Shown here piece after piece: positions 37,408 through 49,450 of a DNA stretch of 64,000 nucleotides. How positions within the stretch are numbered: the first letter of the stretch is position 1; each line of letters opens with the position of its first letter. Under the pieces are notes generated by a model. The model had not been told where the DNA came from and searched no databases. It worked only from the letters and a program-made list of their open reading frames with translations. The stretch comes from Octopus bimaculoides (lineage: Eukaryota): contig NC_068984.1 in NCBI RefSeq assembly GCF_001194135.2, positions 26,585,455-26,649,454 on the forward strand. Reading direction: 5' to 3'. Both the position numbers and the translations under genes were made by a program.

Positions 37408-38027
37408 TGCCTGTACTAATTCTAATTACTAAAACAATAATAATCATTTCTGTCTAACTTGTTCCATTCACTCGCTCAATTGGTAAATATCATCTGATGA
37501 AGCTGTGCCATGGGGAAAGAGGAAGCTGGATTGTAAATACTTCCTCCCACTATATGTATTTAGCTATTCCAGTGATTCTACCTCCTTCCTCAACAAATAA
37601 CTAAGACTGCCGACTTAATCGCTCCAGTACTGGACACGAGAGGCGCTTTAAGAAATCTAATATATCTGTCAATAACTTGACTGAAGCGAACATTAAAAGA
37701 TAGCGCACCCGTTCGGCAGGCACCTATTAGATACGAGCAGGTTTTGTGGTCCCCGTTAAGATGCGACGATTGGATTGCTTCTTTAATATATTTTGTAGGA
37801 CTCCTTTTTTATTTTTTTTTTTTTTACCTTCGTATATCATTGCAAGGATTCCTCTACATTGTACAACATTCTAATCATTCCAGTTTCTTGTAGCAAGGTT
37901 GTATATGTGGTTTTAACATGTCATCACCCCATTTGTTTTGTTTATAATTCTGACAACGCACACGCACGCACGCACGCACACACACACAAACACATAAACG
38001 ATCTCCCAGAAATACACTGAAAGGAAA

Positions 38028-38029
<2 letters not shown>

Positions 38030-38103
<74 letters not shown>

Positions 38104-38187
38104 GGATAGATAAAGAGAGAGAGAGACAGATAGAGAGAGAGAGAGAGAGACAGATATATATATATATAGAGAGAGAGAGACAGAGAG

Positions 38188-38232
<45 letters not shown>
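38030..38232. repeat. (GA)n microsatellite
   Basis: Direct reading. Confidence 0.95.
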
Positions 38233-38237
<5 letters not shown>

Positions 38238-38615
38238 AAAGAGGGGAAAAACAAGAAAGAGAGATTGAAAGAAAAAGAGATTTGGTATTTCTATATATAA
38301 TCCATTTTAATTAATCGAATTACTATTTGTCGATTTTAGTCTAATTATCATTCTCCTATTCGATGACATTTCATAGAATCATACAGACAGCTCCTATCTT
38401 ATGTTAAGTTTCAGTTTTTGTCGAATTGATGAGTTTATGAAATACGTTTGTTTCATATGTCTCAGCCAAAATGATATATTACCGCTAAACCATGGGGAAC
38501 GTAAAAAGGCTAACTCAAATGACCCTGCCTTTTCTAATCAGGAGAATCCCAGAGATGACATTCATTTCCAAAATAGTGCGTTACAGAATCGTTCTGTTAA
38601 TATAAAATATTGCAG

Positions 38616-39660
38616 TAAGGCGGCGAGCTGGCAGAATCATTAGTACAACGGGCAAAATACTTTGTGGCATTTCGCCCGCCTTCACATTCTGAGTTCAAAT
38701 TCCGCCGGGGTCAACTTTGCCTTTCACCATTTCCGGGGTCGATAAAATAAGTATCATTCGAGTACTGGGGTTGCTCTAATCGACTTCCTCCGCCTCCGAA
38801 ATTGCTGGTCTTGTGCCAAAATTTGAAATCGATATATCTTATCAAAACGGTGAGCTGGCAGAAACGTTAGCACGCCGGGCAAAATGCTTAGCGGTATTTC
38901 GTCAGTCTTTACGTTCTGAGTTCAAATTCTGCCGAGGTCGACTTTGCCTTTCATCCTTTCGGGATCGATAAATTAAGTACCAGTTGCGTACTGGGGTCGA
39001 TGTAATCGACTAGTCCTCTCCCCCAAATTTCAGGCCTTGTGCCTATAGCAGAAAGGATATTTTGTCTTACTATTGTTTTCAAATACGTTGTAAGAATGAT
39101 TTTGAATTTCAGCACAATTTTAGGAGAGGGTTAAGCCAAGTACATCGACCCCAGTACTCAGCAGGTACTTATCTTATCGACCCTGAAAGGAAGAAAAGGA
39201 AAGTCGAATTCAGCGGCAGTTGAACTTAGAACGTAAAAAGTCGGAAGAAATGTCGCTTAGTAATTTGTCTGCTGCGATAATGATTCTGTGATAATAAGCA
39301 GTTCTAAGGTGGCGAACTAGCAGAATCATTAGTACGCCGGGCAAAATGCATAGAAGCATTTCGTCCGTCTTTACGTTCTGAGTTCAAATTCCACTGAGGT
39401 CGACTTTACATTTCATCTCCTTTCGAGGGCGATAAAATAAGTACCAGTTGCGCACTGGAGTCGATATAATCGACTGATACCCCTCCCACAAAGTCGCTGG
39501 CTCTGTACCAAAATTTGAAACCAATAATAACGAGCTCTGATGGCCGAATCTCGACAATAATTCTTGTGATGTTTAGTTATGGTCCTTTACATTCCGAGTT
39601 CAAATTGCACTCCCGCCTACTTTGGTCTTCACCCTTTTGCGTACGAGGCAATCGAATATA
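38616..39660. mobile_element. Cluster of SINE family A copies (+38616-38830, +38845-39060, -39085-39290, +39305-39520, degenerate +39535-39660)
   Basis: Repeated GGCGAGCTGGCAGAA head, GAGTTCAAATTC B box and GGGGTCGATAAA core. Confidence 0.88.
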
Positions 39661-40944
39661 TCACCACTCTTCAATATTCGTAGACATGTATCTCTATTTT
39701 TGTTTTTATTTTACATTAGCATTGACAATTAGAATTGCATGGTGCCAACCAGTAATCCTCTACGCAGGCATCAGACCTAGAGATAGAACTATTACTACCA
39801 TCTTAGAAACGACATTTTATATGTAATGGGATCACAACTTACTTTCACATGTGAAAATGATGGAGAGATCATGCTTGGATAGCATTTAACACTAGCTGCC
39901 TTACGAACATGATCTGTTAATATCTGTCTTTGTTTAACTCCAGGTCAACCTTGATTCACTAGAATTATAATCTATAATATATAAAATACTATAATATAGT
40001 ATTATAATATATTTCTACTACATTTATTATACTATAAATGTAGTATAAATATATAGTATTATACTATATTTATATGTTTATAACTATAAACACAGATAAT
40101 GACTGGAACACAAGGTTCAACAAAAAGTATTTAAAAGTGAAAGGTCATATTAGTAAAATGTTTAGGGATTTTGAATATCATTTTTAAACTTCAAAATTGA
40201 TCCTTATATTACATAACATCACAAATTCAATCAAATTTCTTAGTGGCCTTCATATGCTAGTGTGTTCTGCAAATGTTTTGCGGTCCTGTCTGCCAGAATG
40301 CCAGATGAGTTCCTTCGAAGGATGGCAAATGAGATATCCCGAAGGAACCATTCCGTCTCATGAGGATAAATTTTACAGATGGCCGTCTCTACGCCGATCA
40401 AAATGACCAAGGAGACGGTTCGGGGATCCAGAGCTCAGGATGATTCTACTATTAAAACGTCGAAAAGAAATTTCTAAGGATCCACCAGTACTTTATTAGG
40501 TGGGTGGGAGACAGCATGAACCTGATAAACATCCATCCATCCGTCCATCCATCCATCCATCCATCCATCCTGACAGCCAGTTAGTTAGACACACAGATGG
40601 TATAATAAGCAAAGAAACAAGTACGAGACCGGAAAAAAAATACGAAGCGAAAGAGAAAACCAAAATGGAAGAAATAAACATTATCTTTCAGCAAAGGCTT
40701 CTTTGACACTCATGTCCTTTTCCGGTGAAGAATCTACCACCTGCAAATTGTTGCTGTGGGTGGCTTCATAAGAGCGCCCACTACTATCAACGCCCCTTAC
40801 CCTTCTTCCTCTACCCAAAATATGTTCTTGTGTCTTCTCCTTCAATTGTTCCTTATTATAGCTTCTTAATAAGCATTGTCATCACCACCATAGTCATCAT
40901 CGTGAGATCAACAGTATTCGGCGATCCACTTCGAGCAAAATAAT

Positions 40945-41350
40945 CCTTTCTATTATAGGCACAAGGCCTGAAATTTGTGGGGAGTGGGTAAGTCGATAAT
41001 ATTGACTCCAATGTTTCACTGGTACTTAATTTATCGACCTCGAAATGATGAAAGGCAAAGTTGAACTCGGCAGAATTTGAACTCAGAACGTCTTTAAGAC
41101 GGACAAAATGCCGCTAAGAGTTTCGCCCAGCGTGCTGACGATTCAGCCTCTTTCTGATTTTGGCATAAGGCTTGCAATTTTTTGGGGAGGGGTTAAGTAG
41201 ATTACATCGAATCCAGTGCTTAGTTTATCGACTCTGAAAGGATGAAAGGCAAAGTTGACCACGTCAGAATTTGAACTCAGAACACAAAGACCAGGGGAAA
41301 TGCCGCCAAGCATTTTGTTCAGCATGTAAACGATTCTGCCAGCTCACCGC
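40945..41350 (-). mobile_element. Two head-to-tail SINE family A copies
   Basis: Reverse-complement core GAAAGGATGAAAGGCAAAGTTGA..GAATTTGAACTCAGAAC occurs twice. Confidence 0.85.
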
Positions 41351-41352
41351 TT

Positions 41353-41394
<42 letters not shown>

Positions 41395-41513
41395 ATAACA
41401 ATAATAATAATAATAATAATAACAATAATTTATTCTTTTATTAGCCACAAGGACTCATATACAAAAACATTAAATGACATACAACATAAAGACAAAAACA
41501 GGACGTTACAATG

Positions 41514-41560
<47 letters not shown>

Positions 41561-41563
<3 letters not shown>

Positions 41564-42177
41564 GACAAAGTAAAATCTCAACAATGGTTGAAAATTACAA
41601 AACTCAAAACAGAGACTGAACGACTTTTATTTGCGGGACCTGTATGCACTGGAAGCTATGCCAACATTCTGAAATGATAACAGAAAAAAGATGGTATAGG
41701 TGCATCCCAGGAAATGACAGAGCAACCACACTCTGGAATATGGCCATACACACAGATAGAAAGATCGAAGTTAGTAGACCGGATATTGATGTCAGAGACC
41801 AGCAAGACAAAATGCCTTCTAATTGACGTATTAATTCCAACAGATGACAATGTATCTCTAAAAGAAACGGAGAAACTCTCAAAATACAAAGATCTGGAAA
41901 TAGAGACAACCCGAATGTGGAACCTAAAAACAGAAACAAGCCCTATAATAATAGATGCATGAGGTATGATAAAAAAAACAAAACAACATACAGACAAGTA
42001 CATAACCAAAACACCAGGACTTACGAATATATAACGTACAGAAAATAGCACTACTAGGCACTGCACACATATTAAGCACTTTCAATAGTGAAAATAACAA
42101 CATCAAAACAAAACACAGCGCTTACTCAAAGTACACAGAGCAGTATGAAAGAACATGATAAAAATAACACTACTGAA
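41561..42177 (+). mobile_element. R4/Dong-like RLE LINE, internally deleted 3' fragment (copy B)
   Basis: KSQQWLKITKLKTETERLLFA / HWKLCQH..LWNMAIHTDRKIEVSRPDIDV / CLLIDVLIPTDDNVSLKETEKLSKYKDLEIE (RPD..D..EK RLE motif). (AAT)n lies 5' of it and a short AAT run 3'. Confidence 0.9.
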
Positions 42178-42189
42178 TAATAATGATAA

Positions 42190-42632
42190 GAATGGTTTCG
42201 AATTTTGGCTCAAGACCAGCAATTATGGGAGAAGGAAGTAAGTCGATAACATCGACTCTAGTGCTCAACTGTTACTTATCTTACCGACCCCGAAACGATG
42301 AAAGGTAAGATTGAGCTCGATCGAATTGGATCTTAGAACGTAAAGACGGACGAATTACCGCTAAACATTTTGCTAGGCGTCTGATGATTCTTCCAGCTCG
42401 CCGCCCTAATAATAATGATAATGACCCTTTTAACTATGGGCACAAGGCCTGAAATGCTAGAGATGGGGATAATCGATTACAACGACCCCAGTACTCAACA
42501 GGTACTTATTTTATCGACCCCGAAAGGATGAAAGGCAAAGTCGACCTCGGCTTAATCTGAACTCAGAACGTAGCGAAGGGCGATATACCGCTAAGCATTA
42601 CGTCCAACATGCTAACGATTGCGCCAGCTCGC
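42190..42632 (-). mobile_element. Two head-to-tail SINE family A copies
   Basis: Family-A core on the reverse strand twice, separated by an AAT-rich spacer. Confidence 0.85.
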
Positions 42633-42642
42633 AATCGTAGTA

Positions 42643-42702
<60 letters not shown>

Positions 42703-42708
<6 letters not shown>

Positions 42709-42968
42709 CAGAAACAATTCCTATCATAGTAGGTGCCTTAGGTATAATAAAAAATATTCAGACAAATACATAACAAAAATACCAGGACTTACAAATATAT
42801 ATAACATACAGAAAGTTGCACTACTGGGCACTGCACACATCCTACGCAAAACACTTTCAATACAGTAACCATAAGAGCACCACAGCAAACCACAGCACAT
42901 ACCCAAGGCGCACAGAGCTGCGCTCGGTAGTGAAGTGAAAACACGTTATAAAAATAAAACTACTGAAC
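42703..42968 (+). mobile_element. R4/Dong-like LINE, 5'-truncated 3' end (copy C), flanked by (TAA)n on both sides
   Basis: KTETIPIIVGALGIIKKYSDKYITKIPGLTNIYNIQKVALLGTAHILRKTLSIQ*, a 3' UTR and an (AAT)n tail. Confidence 0.9.
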
Positions 42969-42993
42969 AATAATAATAATAATNNNNNNNNNN

Positions 42994-43024
<31 letters not shown>

Positions 43025-43030
<6 letters not shown>

Positions 43031-43290
43031 CAGAAACAATTCCTATCATAGTAGGTGCCTTAGGTATAATAAAAAATATTCAGACAAATACATAACAAAA
43101 ATACCAGGACTTACAAATATATATAACATACAGAAAGTTGCACTACTGGGCACTGCACACATCCTACGCAAAACACTTTCAATACAGTAACCATAAGAGC
43201 ACCACAGCAAACCACAGCACATACCCAAGGCGCACAGAGCTGCGCTCGGTAGTGAAGTGAAAACACGTTATAAAAATAAAACTACTGAAC
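43025..43290 (+). mobile_element. Identical repeat of copy C across a 10-N gap (copy D; probably an assembly duplication)
   Basis: Appears identical by eye to 42703-42968. Confidence 0.8.
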
Positions 43291-43309
43291 AATAATAATA
43301 ATAATAATA

Positions 43310-43520
43310 ATCCTTTCTGCTATAGGCACAAGACCTGAAATTTAGGGGAGGTGTAAGTCGATTACATCGGCTTCAGTGCTTGACTGATACTTATTTTATC
43401 GACCCCGAAATGATGAAAGGCAAAGCAGACCTCGGCCGAATTTGAACTCAGAACGTAAAGACGGGCGAAATGCCGCTAATGATTTTGCCCGGCGCGCTAA
43501 TGATTCTTCCAGCTCGCTGG
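43310..43520 (-). mobile_element. SINE family A
   Basis: Full head, core and tail on the reverse strand; its (ATT)n tail is the 3' flank of LINE copy D. Confidence 0.88.
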
Positions 43521-43560
43521 CATAATAATGATGATGATGATAATAATGATGATGATAATA

Positions 43561-43639
<79 letters not shown>

Positions 43640-43672
43640 GGAAAATAATAATGATGATTATAATTGTAATTA
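43521..43672. repeat. (GAT)n/(AAT)n compound repeat
   Basis: Direct reading. Confidence 0.95.
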
Positions 43673-44134
43673 TAATCTTCGTCATTGTTTTTAACATGCA
43701 CGTTGTTATGACTACCGATTTCACTCCGTCTTGATAATTTAACTGAAACTATCTATATGTCATTGTTGCTATGATTGTTATGATTGTTATTTTTTCTGTT
43801 GTTGCCCTTGTTGTAGTTGCTGTTGTTGCCGTTAGCTAGCCAAGTGTCGAATCTGTGCAGTCAATTAAGCAAATATTTTGCGTGCTCCATCTGCCTTAGG
43901 GTTCTGAAACCGGACTACGCTTGCCCTTAGGGGCACACAAGTAAAAATTGCGAAGATACATAAGGTTTGTAAAAACGCTGGAATTTTGAAGTAATCGACT
44001 CTACTTCTTAAACCTGACATACAGTTGGCAAGCACCGCATTTAGTTTTCATAATAATATTCCTTATATATTCATTTACAATTTACTTACTATGGTTTGTA
44101 GTATTTTGGTTGGATTTTAAGAGAATGTGTATGT

Positions 44135-44342
44135 ACTGTACATTAGCTCACTCCCTCCATCAAATCGATGTTGCCTGAACAGGTATACGGTGCACCACGT
44201 TTAGGGTATCGAAATCATCGTGGAGCAACGTGAGATGAAGTGTTTTGCTCAAGAACACAACGCACTATCTGGTCTAGGAATTGAAACTATGATCTCACGG
44301 TTGTCAGTGCAACACCCTAACCACTAGGCTATGCGTCCTCAC
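44135..44342 (-). mobile_element. SINE family D
   Basis: Reverse complement GTGAGGACGCATAGCCTAGTGGTTAGGGTGTTGCACTG..GTTTCAATTCCTAGACC..TGTGTTCTTGAGCAAAACACTTCATCTCACGTTGCTCC. Confidence 0.8.
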
Positions 44343-45124
44343 TTACGATACACCTACACTGTTTGTACTTTATTTTTTACTGTACAGATATTAGGTTTTA
44401 TGTAACTTATAAAAACATAGTATTGAACATGATTACCGGTAAATAAAAATGAAAACTGAATAACGTCATCATTTTATTTTTAAATGTATGAGCAATGAAA
44501 TTAGTCATGTTACACTCTTACATGGAGATAAAATTCAGATTTCACCTAAAAATAACGTTTTTGACTACTGTACAAAAAACAAAACAAAACGTGATTATCA
44601 AAGCTTACACAATTCACGTGTCATAACGGTACATAATAGCTGTATTTGGTGGAACATTCTCAGCACTTTGTGGCATGCCATGTCAGCGGTCAAGAAAAAA
44701 AAAAAGAAAAGATTCTGATGCTGGAGGTTTTCAGATTTTGGAATTTCGAGTAAAGGATTTTCAACTGAGAAATCACAGAATTCCAGATTGCAAATTCTAA
44801 TTATACATGCCCTTAGAAATGATGCAAATGATAAGCACCGATATCATTTTCTGTTGTTGCCTATTTTGTTATAGCATTGTTCGTGTGCCTACAAGACAAG
44901 CCCTGCATGTATTATTGCTGTGTGTGTATGTGTGTGCGTGTGTGTATGTGTATGTGCGTTCTTGCATGTGTGTGAGTATGTACGTTTATTGCTTAAGCGC
45001 ATTACATTGTAGATATAGATTACACATTGAATATATTCAAACAAGTGTGTTTTGGTTAGAGCTAGCTTTACACTTACATACAAAAAAAAAACACGCACAC
45101 AAAGACACAAACACATGATACATA

Positions 45125-45219
<95 letters not shown>

Positions 45220-45539
45220 AGGTATGTATGTATGTCTATGTATGTCTATATATAAGACACACGCACGCGTATAATATTAAGATGTATGCAGATGCAGTAT
45301 TGGAATGTGAATTGCTAAAAGGGTAAAAACCTCTCAATTACACCAGAGAGGACGTAATCCTGGTATGACGTCATTGACTTCAGGCACATTACTCTTTTTT
45401 TAATGAATTTAACACATTAGTTTAATATTCTGCTGGCCAAGAATACATTTAATTAAAACCACTGAAACGTCATATAATTATTTAAACCTCTGTCGCAAAA
45501 AATTAACAGCTATATTCAGTAACATAATGCTCATTCACA

Positions 45540-45558
45540 CACATATATATATATAGAG

Positions 45559-45600
<42 letters not shown>

Positions 45601-45790
45601 GCACACGCGTGCGCACATGCACATTTATATATCTATAACCATATATATGCATGTATAAGCATATATGTATGTTTATATGTGTAAATATATATATATATAT
45701 ATATATTTCTCTCTCTTTCTATATATATATATCTATATTTATTTCTCTCTTTCTCTCTCTCTCTCTATATATATATATTTCTCTCTCTTC

Positions 45791-45836
<46 letters not shown>

Positions 45837-46015
45837 TTCTCTCTTTATATATATATATATATATATAAAGAGAGAAATATATATATATATATATATATTT
45901 CTCTCTCTTTCTATATATAATGATATACATTTATATATGCATACATACACACGCACACACACACACATATGGAGAGAGAGAGAGAGGGGGGGGGGAGAGT
46001 GAGTGAGTGAGAGAG
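45540..46015. repeat. Complex (AT)n/(CT)n/(CA)n region with a repeated ATATTTCTCTCT unit
   Basis: Direct reading. Confidence 0.9.
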
Positions 46016-46980
46016 CGCTTTCTTTGTCTCTATTAATATTGAGAAAACAAACAATACCCGAATTCGATGACAACTTGAAGGAACATGATAAATACAGCTG
46101 ATAAAGATGAAGTAATTCACACAGCCGTTCACGCTCTTAGAATACTTCAACTTTCCAACTACATAAATATGATTTACACACTACATATATGTTTTATATA
46201 AGTGGTGGTTTCCCTTCTATCAAGCTGAGAATTTAGAGAAATTTATTATGAAGGTTTAAGCTTTTGTTTATTAAATTCTTCCCATTTCACTGTTGATTTT
46301 TCATTTTCTGCGTTACTAAGAAATATAATCATATTAATAGTATTTTTCAATCATTTAAACCTTTTAATAAGGTAAAGGTGAATTAAATAAATTAAAGAAG
46401 TCATCATCATAATCGTCACCATCATCACCGCCACCACTACCACCATTACCATTATCATCATCATCATCATCATTATCATCTCGTCGTTCTCGTCCCCGCC
46501 TTCTCCTCTTCCTCATTCTCCTCCTCTAATTGCGTATTGTAATAAGACATAATGGCTGTATGATTGACGATCCAGTTGCCTGATAAATGCACCGTGAGTC
46601 TGTACCCTATTATGAGCCTTATCTAATATTCCATGTGTCTTGCAATGCAAACGTTTCTAACAAGTTCTCTTTGAGATTTCAAGGCTCTGCATTCTGTCCA
46701 CTGGTTGCAATTTTTAGTGGGACACTTTGCCACTTACACAATTACACATTGATTTCAATCGATAGAACAGCTGGAATACTCGTTCGATGGAATTAAGGAA
46801 TGAATTCACCATTTACATTATAAACCTTTTCACTGAATCACAATAATGTCTGTAATAGGGTGCCGACTCATATTACATAAGGTAAGGCTTAGACTGATAT
46901 CTTTCCAGTAATTGTGTTCCTGGCACAGTACAGAATATTGTTGTAAAATCTTGTGTGAATTAGAATTGATACATTATACC

Positions 46981-47140
46981 GGCATGAGTAGTTAAGAAGC
47001 TCGTTTTGGAACCAAATGGTTTCGGGTTCAGTCCCTCTGCGCAACACCTTGAGCGTCTTCTACCATAGCTCCGGGCTGACTAATGACTTGTGAGTGAATT
47101 TGGTGGATGAAAACCGCGTGGAAGACCGTTGTACACACAC

Positions 47141-47201
<61 letters not shown>

Positions 47202-47560
47202 CCTGTCTGTCTCTCTGTCTGTCTGTCTGTCAACGAAAATAATAGATACATGCAGTTAAGCACTACGTACATTGCCAAAGCATGTATGTACGTACGTATG
47301 TATGTATGTATGTATGTTTGTATGTATATGTGTGTGTTTGTGTGTCTTTGTGCTTATCCCCCTACCATCATTTGACGACCGGCGTTGGTTTGCTTACGTC
47401 CTTGTAATCTTGCAGCTCGGCAAGAAGAAACCAATAGAATAGTTTCTAGACTTAAAAAAGAAAATAAGTTCGGGAGTTAAATTTTTCGACTAAATCCTTC
47501 GAGACACTGTCCCAGAATGGTCGCAGTCAGTCTGATGACTGAAGCAAGTCAAAAGTGAAA
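46981..47560 (+). mobile_element. Full-length SINE family B: tRNA-like head, internal (TCTA)/(TGTC)/(GTAT) microsatellites, 3' tail
   Basis: Head 46981-47130 and tail 47345-47560 are each homologous to other copies. Confidence 0.8.
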
Positions 47561-47714
47561 AAACAAAACAAAGCAAAAAAATAAAAACACGGTATCAAAA
47601 GGCATTCTTTACGAACAGAGCCATTCTCATCATACTCTGGCTATCTTACGAAAATAGAACCAAAACAAACCTAATGGGACAATATTTTTCGTTTGTTATC
47701 GCAAAAATTTTACA

Positions 47715-47878
47715 ATTCTATATTTAAGAGATGAGGAATTATGTACAATATTTACATTATTTACATTTGACGGATATATGTCCTCATCTTGTTTGTTCGG
47801 CTGATATACCCTCCAGCCTTCATCAGGTGTCTTGGGGAAATTTCGAACCTGGGTATTTTTCAATGTTATTATTATTAT
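47715..47878 (-). mobile_element. Second copy of the Penelope hammerhead module, with the GAAAC/stem III part deleted
   Basis: Reverse complement GACACCTGATGAAGGCTGGAGGGTATATCAGCCGAACAAACAAG; otherwise colinear with 20040-20200. Confidence 0.85.
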
Positions 47879-47879
47879 A

Positions 47880-48115
47880 CTCTTTACTCTTTTTACTCTT
47901 TTACTTGTTTCAGTCATTTAACTGTGGCCATGCTGGAGCACCGCCTTTAGTCGAGCAAATCGACCCCAGGACTTATTCTTTGTAAGCCTAATACTTATTC
48001 TATCGGTCTCTTTTACCGAACCGGTAAGTTTACGGGGACGTAAACACACCAGCATCGTTTGTTAAGCTGTCAAGCAATGTGGGGGGGGGACACAGACGCA
48101 CAAACACACACACAC
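47880..48115 (-). mobile_element. SINE family B tail
   Basis: Close reverse-complement match to 19800-19985; runs into (CA)n and a gap. Confidence 0.88.
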
Positions 48116-48348
48116 ACANNNNNNNNNNNNNNNNNNNNNNNNNNNNNNNNNNNNNNNNNNNNNNNNNNNNNNNNNNNNNNNNNNNNNNNNNNNNNNNNNN
48201 NNNNNNNNNNNNNNNNNNNNNNNNNNNNNNNNNNNNNNNNNNNNNNNNNNNNNNNNNNNNNNNNNNNNNNNNNNNNNNNNNNNNNNNNNNNNNNNNNNNN
48301 NNNNNNNNNNNNNNNNNNNNNNNNNNNNNNNNNNNNNNNNNNNNNNNN

Positions 48349-48421
<73 letters not shown>

Positions 48422-48766
48422 CAACGTAGTTACTTGCTTTCTTAACCTTTGTTATTTGCCAAAGGTTGGTATCGTTAAAACTATTTTATTTCAAGTCAAC
48501 TCTCATCGAGTATTTCTATGATCAAAGACATTCCAATTGTGAACATCCTCCCTTTATATGCATGAGACCAAGAACCACATTATTCCGTGCGTTCTTTTAT
48601 CTAAGTCGGTAAAGTGTGCTTTGAAAAAGATTTAGCTAGTATTTCTAACAGTTTAAGTGTCCATGTAAAGGCTCCTTCATTGGCTCGTATGAATTTAGAT
48701 CAATCAAGTACGAGGTGATGATGTCGAGTGATGTAAGCAGAAGAAGAAAATGAAACCAAAAACCGA

Positions 48767-48996
48767 GGCGTAGCTGTGTGGTCAAGTAGCTCACTTTACA
48801 ACTAAAGTAGTTTTGAGTTCAACCCCACTGTATGATATCTTGAGCAAGTGTCTTCTACTATAGCCCCGAGTTGACCAATGTTTTGTGAGTGAATTTAATA
48901 AACGGAAACAATGAAGAAGCCCCTCTTATATATATTATATAAGTGTGAGTGTGAATGTATGTGTGTATGAGTGTGATTGTGTGTATATGTGCGTTT

Positions 48997-49056
<60 letters not shown>

Positions 49057-49450
49057 TTATGTTGTGTTCGTCTCTCATCCACCATTTGACAACTATGCGA
49101 CAAAAGTGACCCCTAATAAGTACTGATTTGTTCGACTAAATCAGTGGTTTTCAACTAGCTTTTGTCCATTGATCCATTTGATTCCTATTTTAGTGAAGGG
49201 GTGAGACCCTCATAGCCATTCGATGTCTAAAACCTCCTATTATATTTATCAAGAATTGTACAAAGAATGTTTAAATATTTTGTGTATTGTATAAATAACC
49301 AGCTTATTGCACATACATTTTAACTACAAAATCTTCAATGGATACCCAAGGGCCATATGGACTCCGGTTGAGAACTACTGAACTAAACCATCGAAGACGA
49401 TGCCACAGTACAGCCGTTGACAAATTCCTGAAGCAAGTACAAAATAAAAG
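48767..49450 (+). mobile_element. SINE family B (head, TG microsatellite, tail) interrupted by a hAT MITE
   Basis: Head GGCGTAGCTGTGTGGTCAAG..GAGTTCAACCCC; the tail GATTTGTTCGACTAAA resumes after 49380. Confidence 0.78.
49142..49380. mobile_element. hAT (Charlie-type) MITE, 239 bp
   Basis: 14-bp TIRs CAGTGGTTTTCAAC / GTTGAGAACTACTG (2 mismatches); 8-bp flanks GACTAAAT / AACTAAAC (6/8 identical, central TA). Confidence 0.85.

Noticed and set aside
37493-37520. CTGATGA...GAAA motif on the plus strand
   Set aside because: There is no stem II or stem I pairing. The CTGATGA motifs at 20545, 42381 and 47532 fail in the same way.
42703-43290. Tandem duplication of an identical LINE fragment (copies C and D)
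   Set aside because: The copies straddle a 10-N gap. The same pattern of repeated sequence on both sides of a 10-N gap occurs at 4835-4876 and 10780-10870, so redundant contig ends are the likelier cause.
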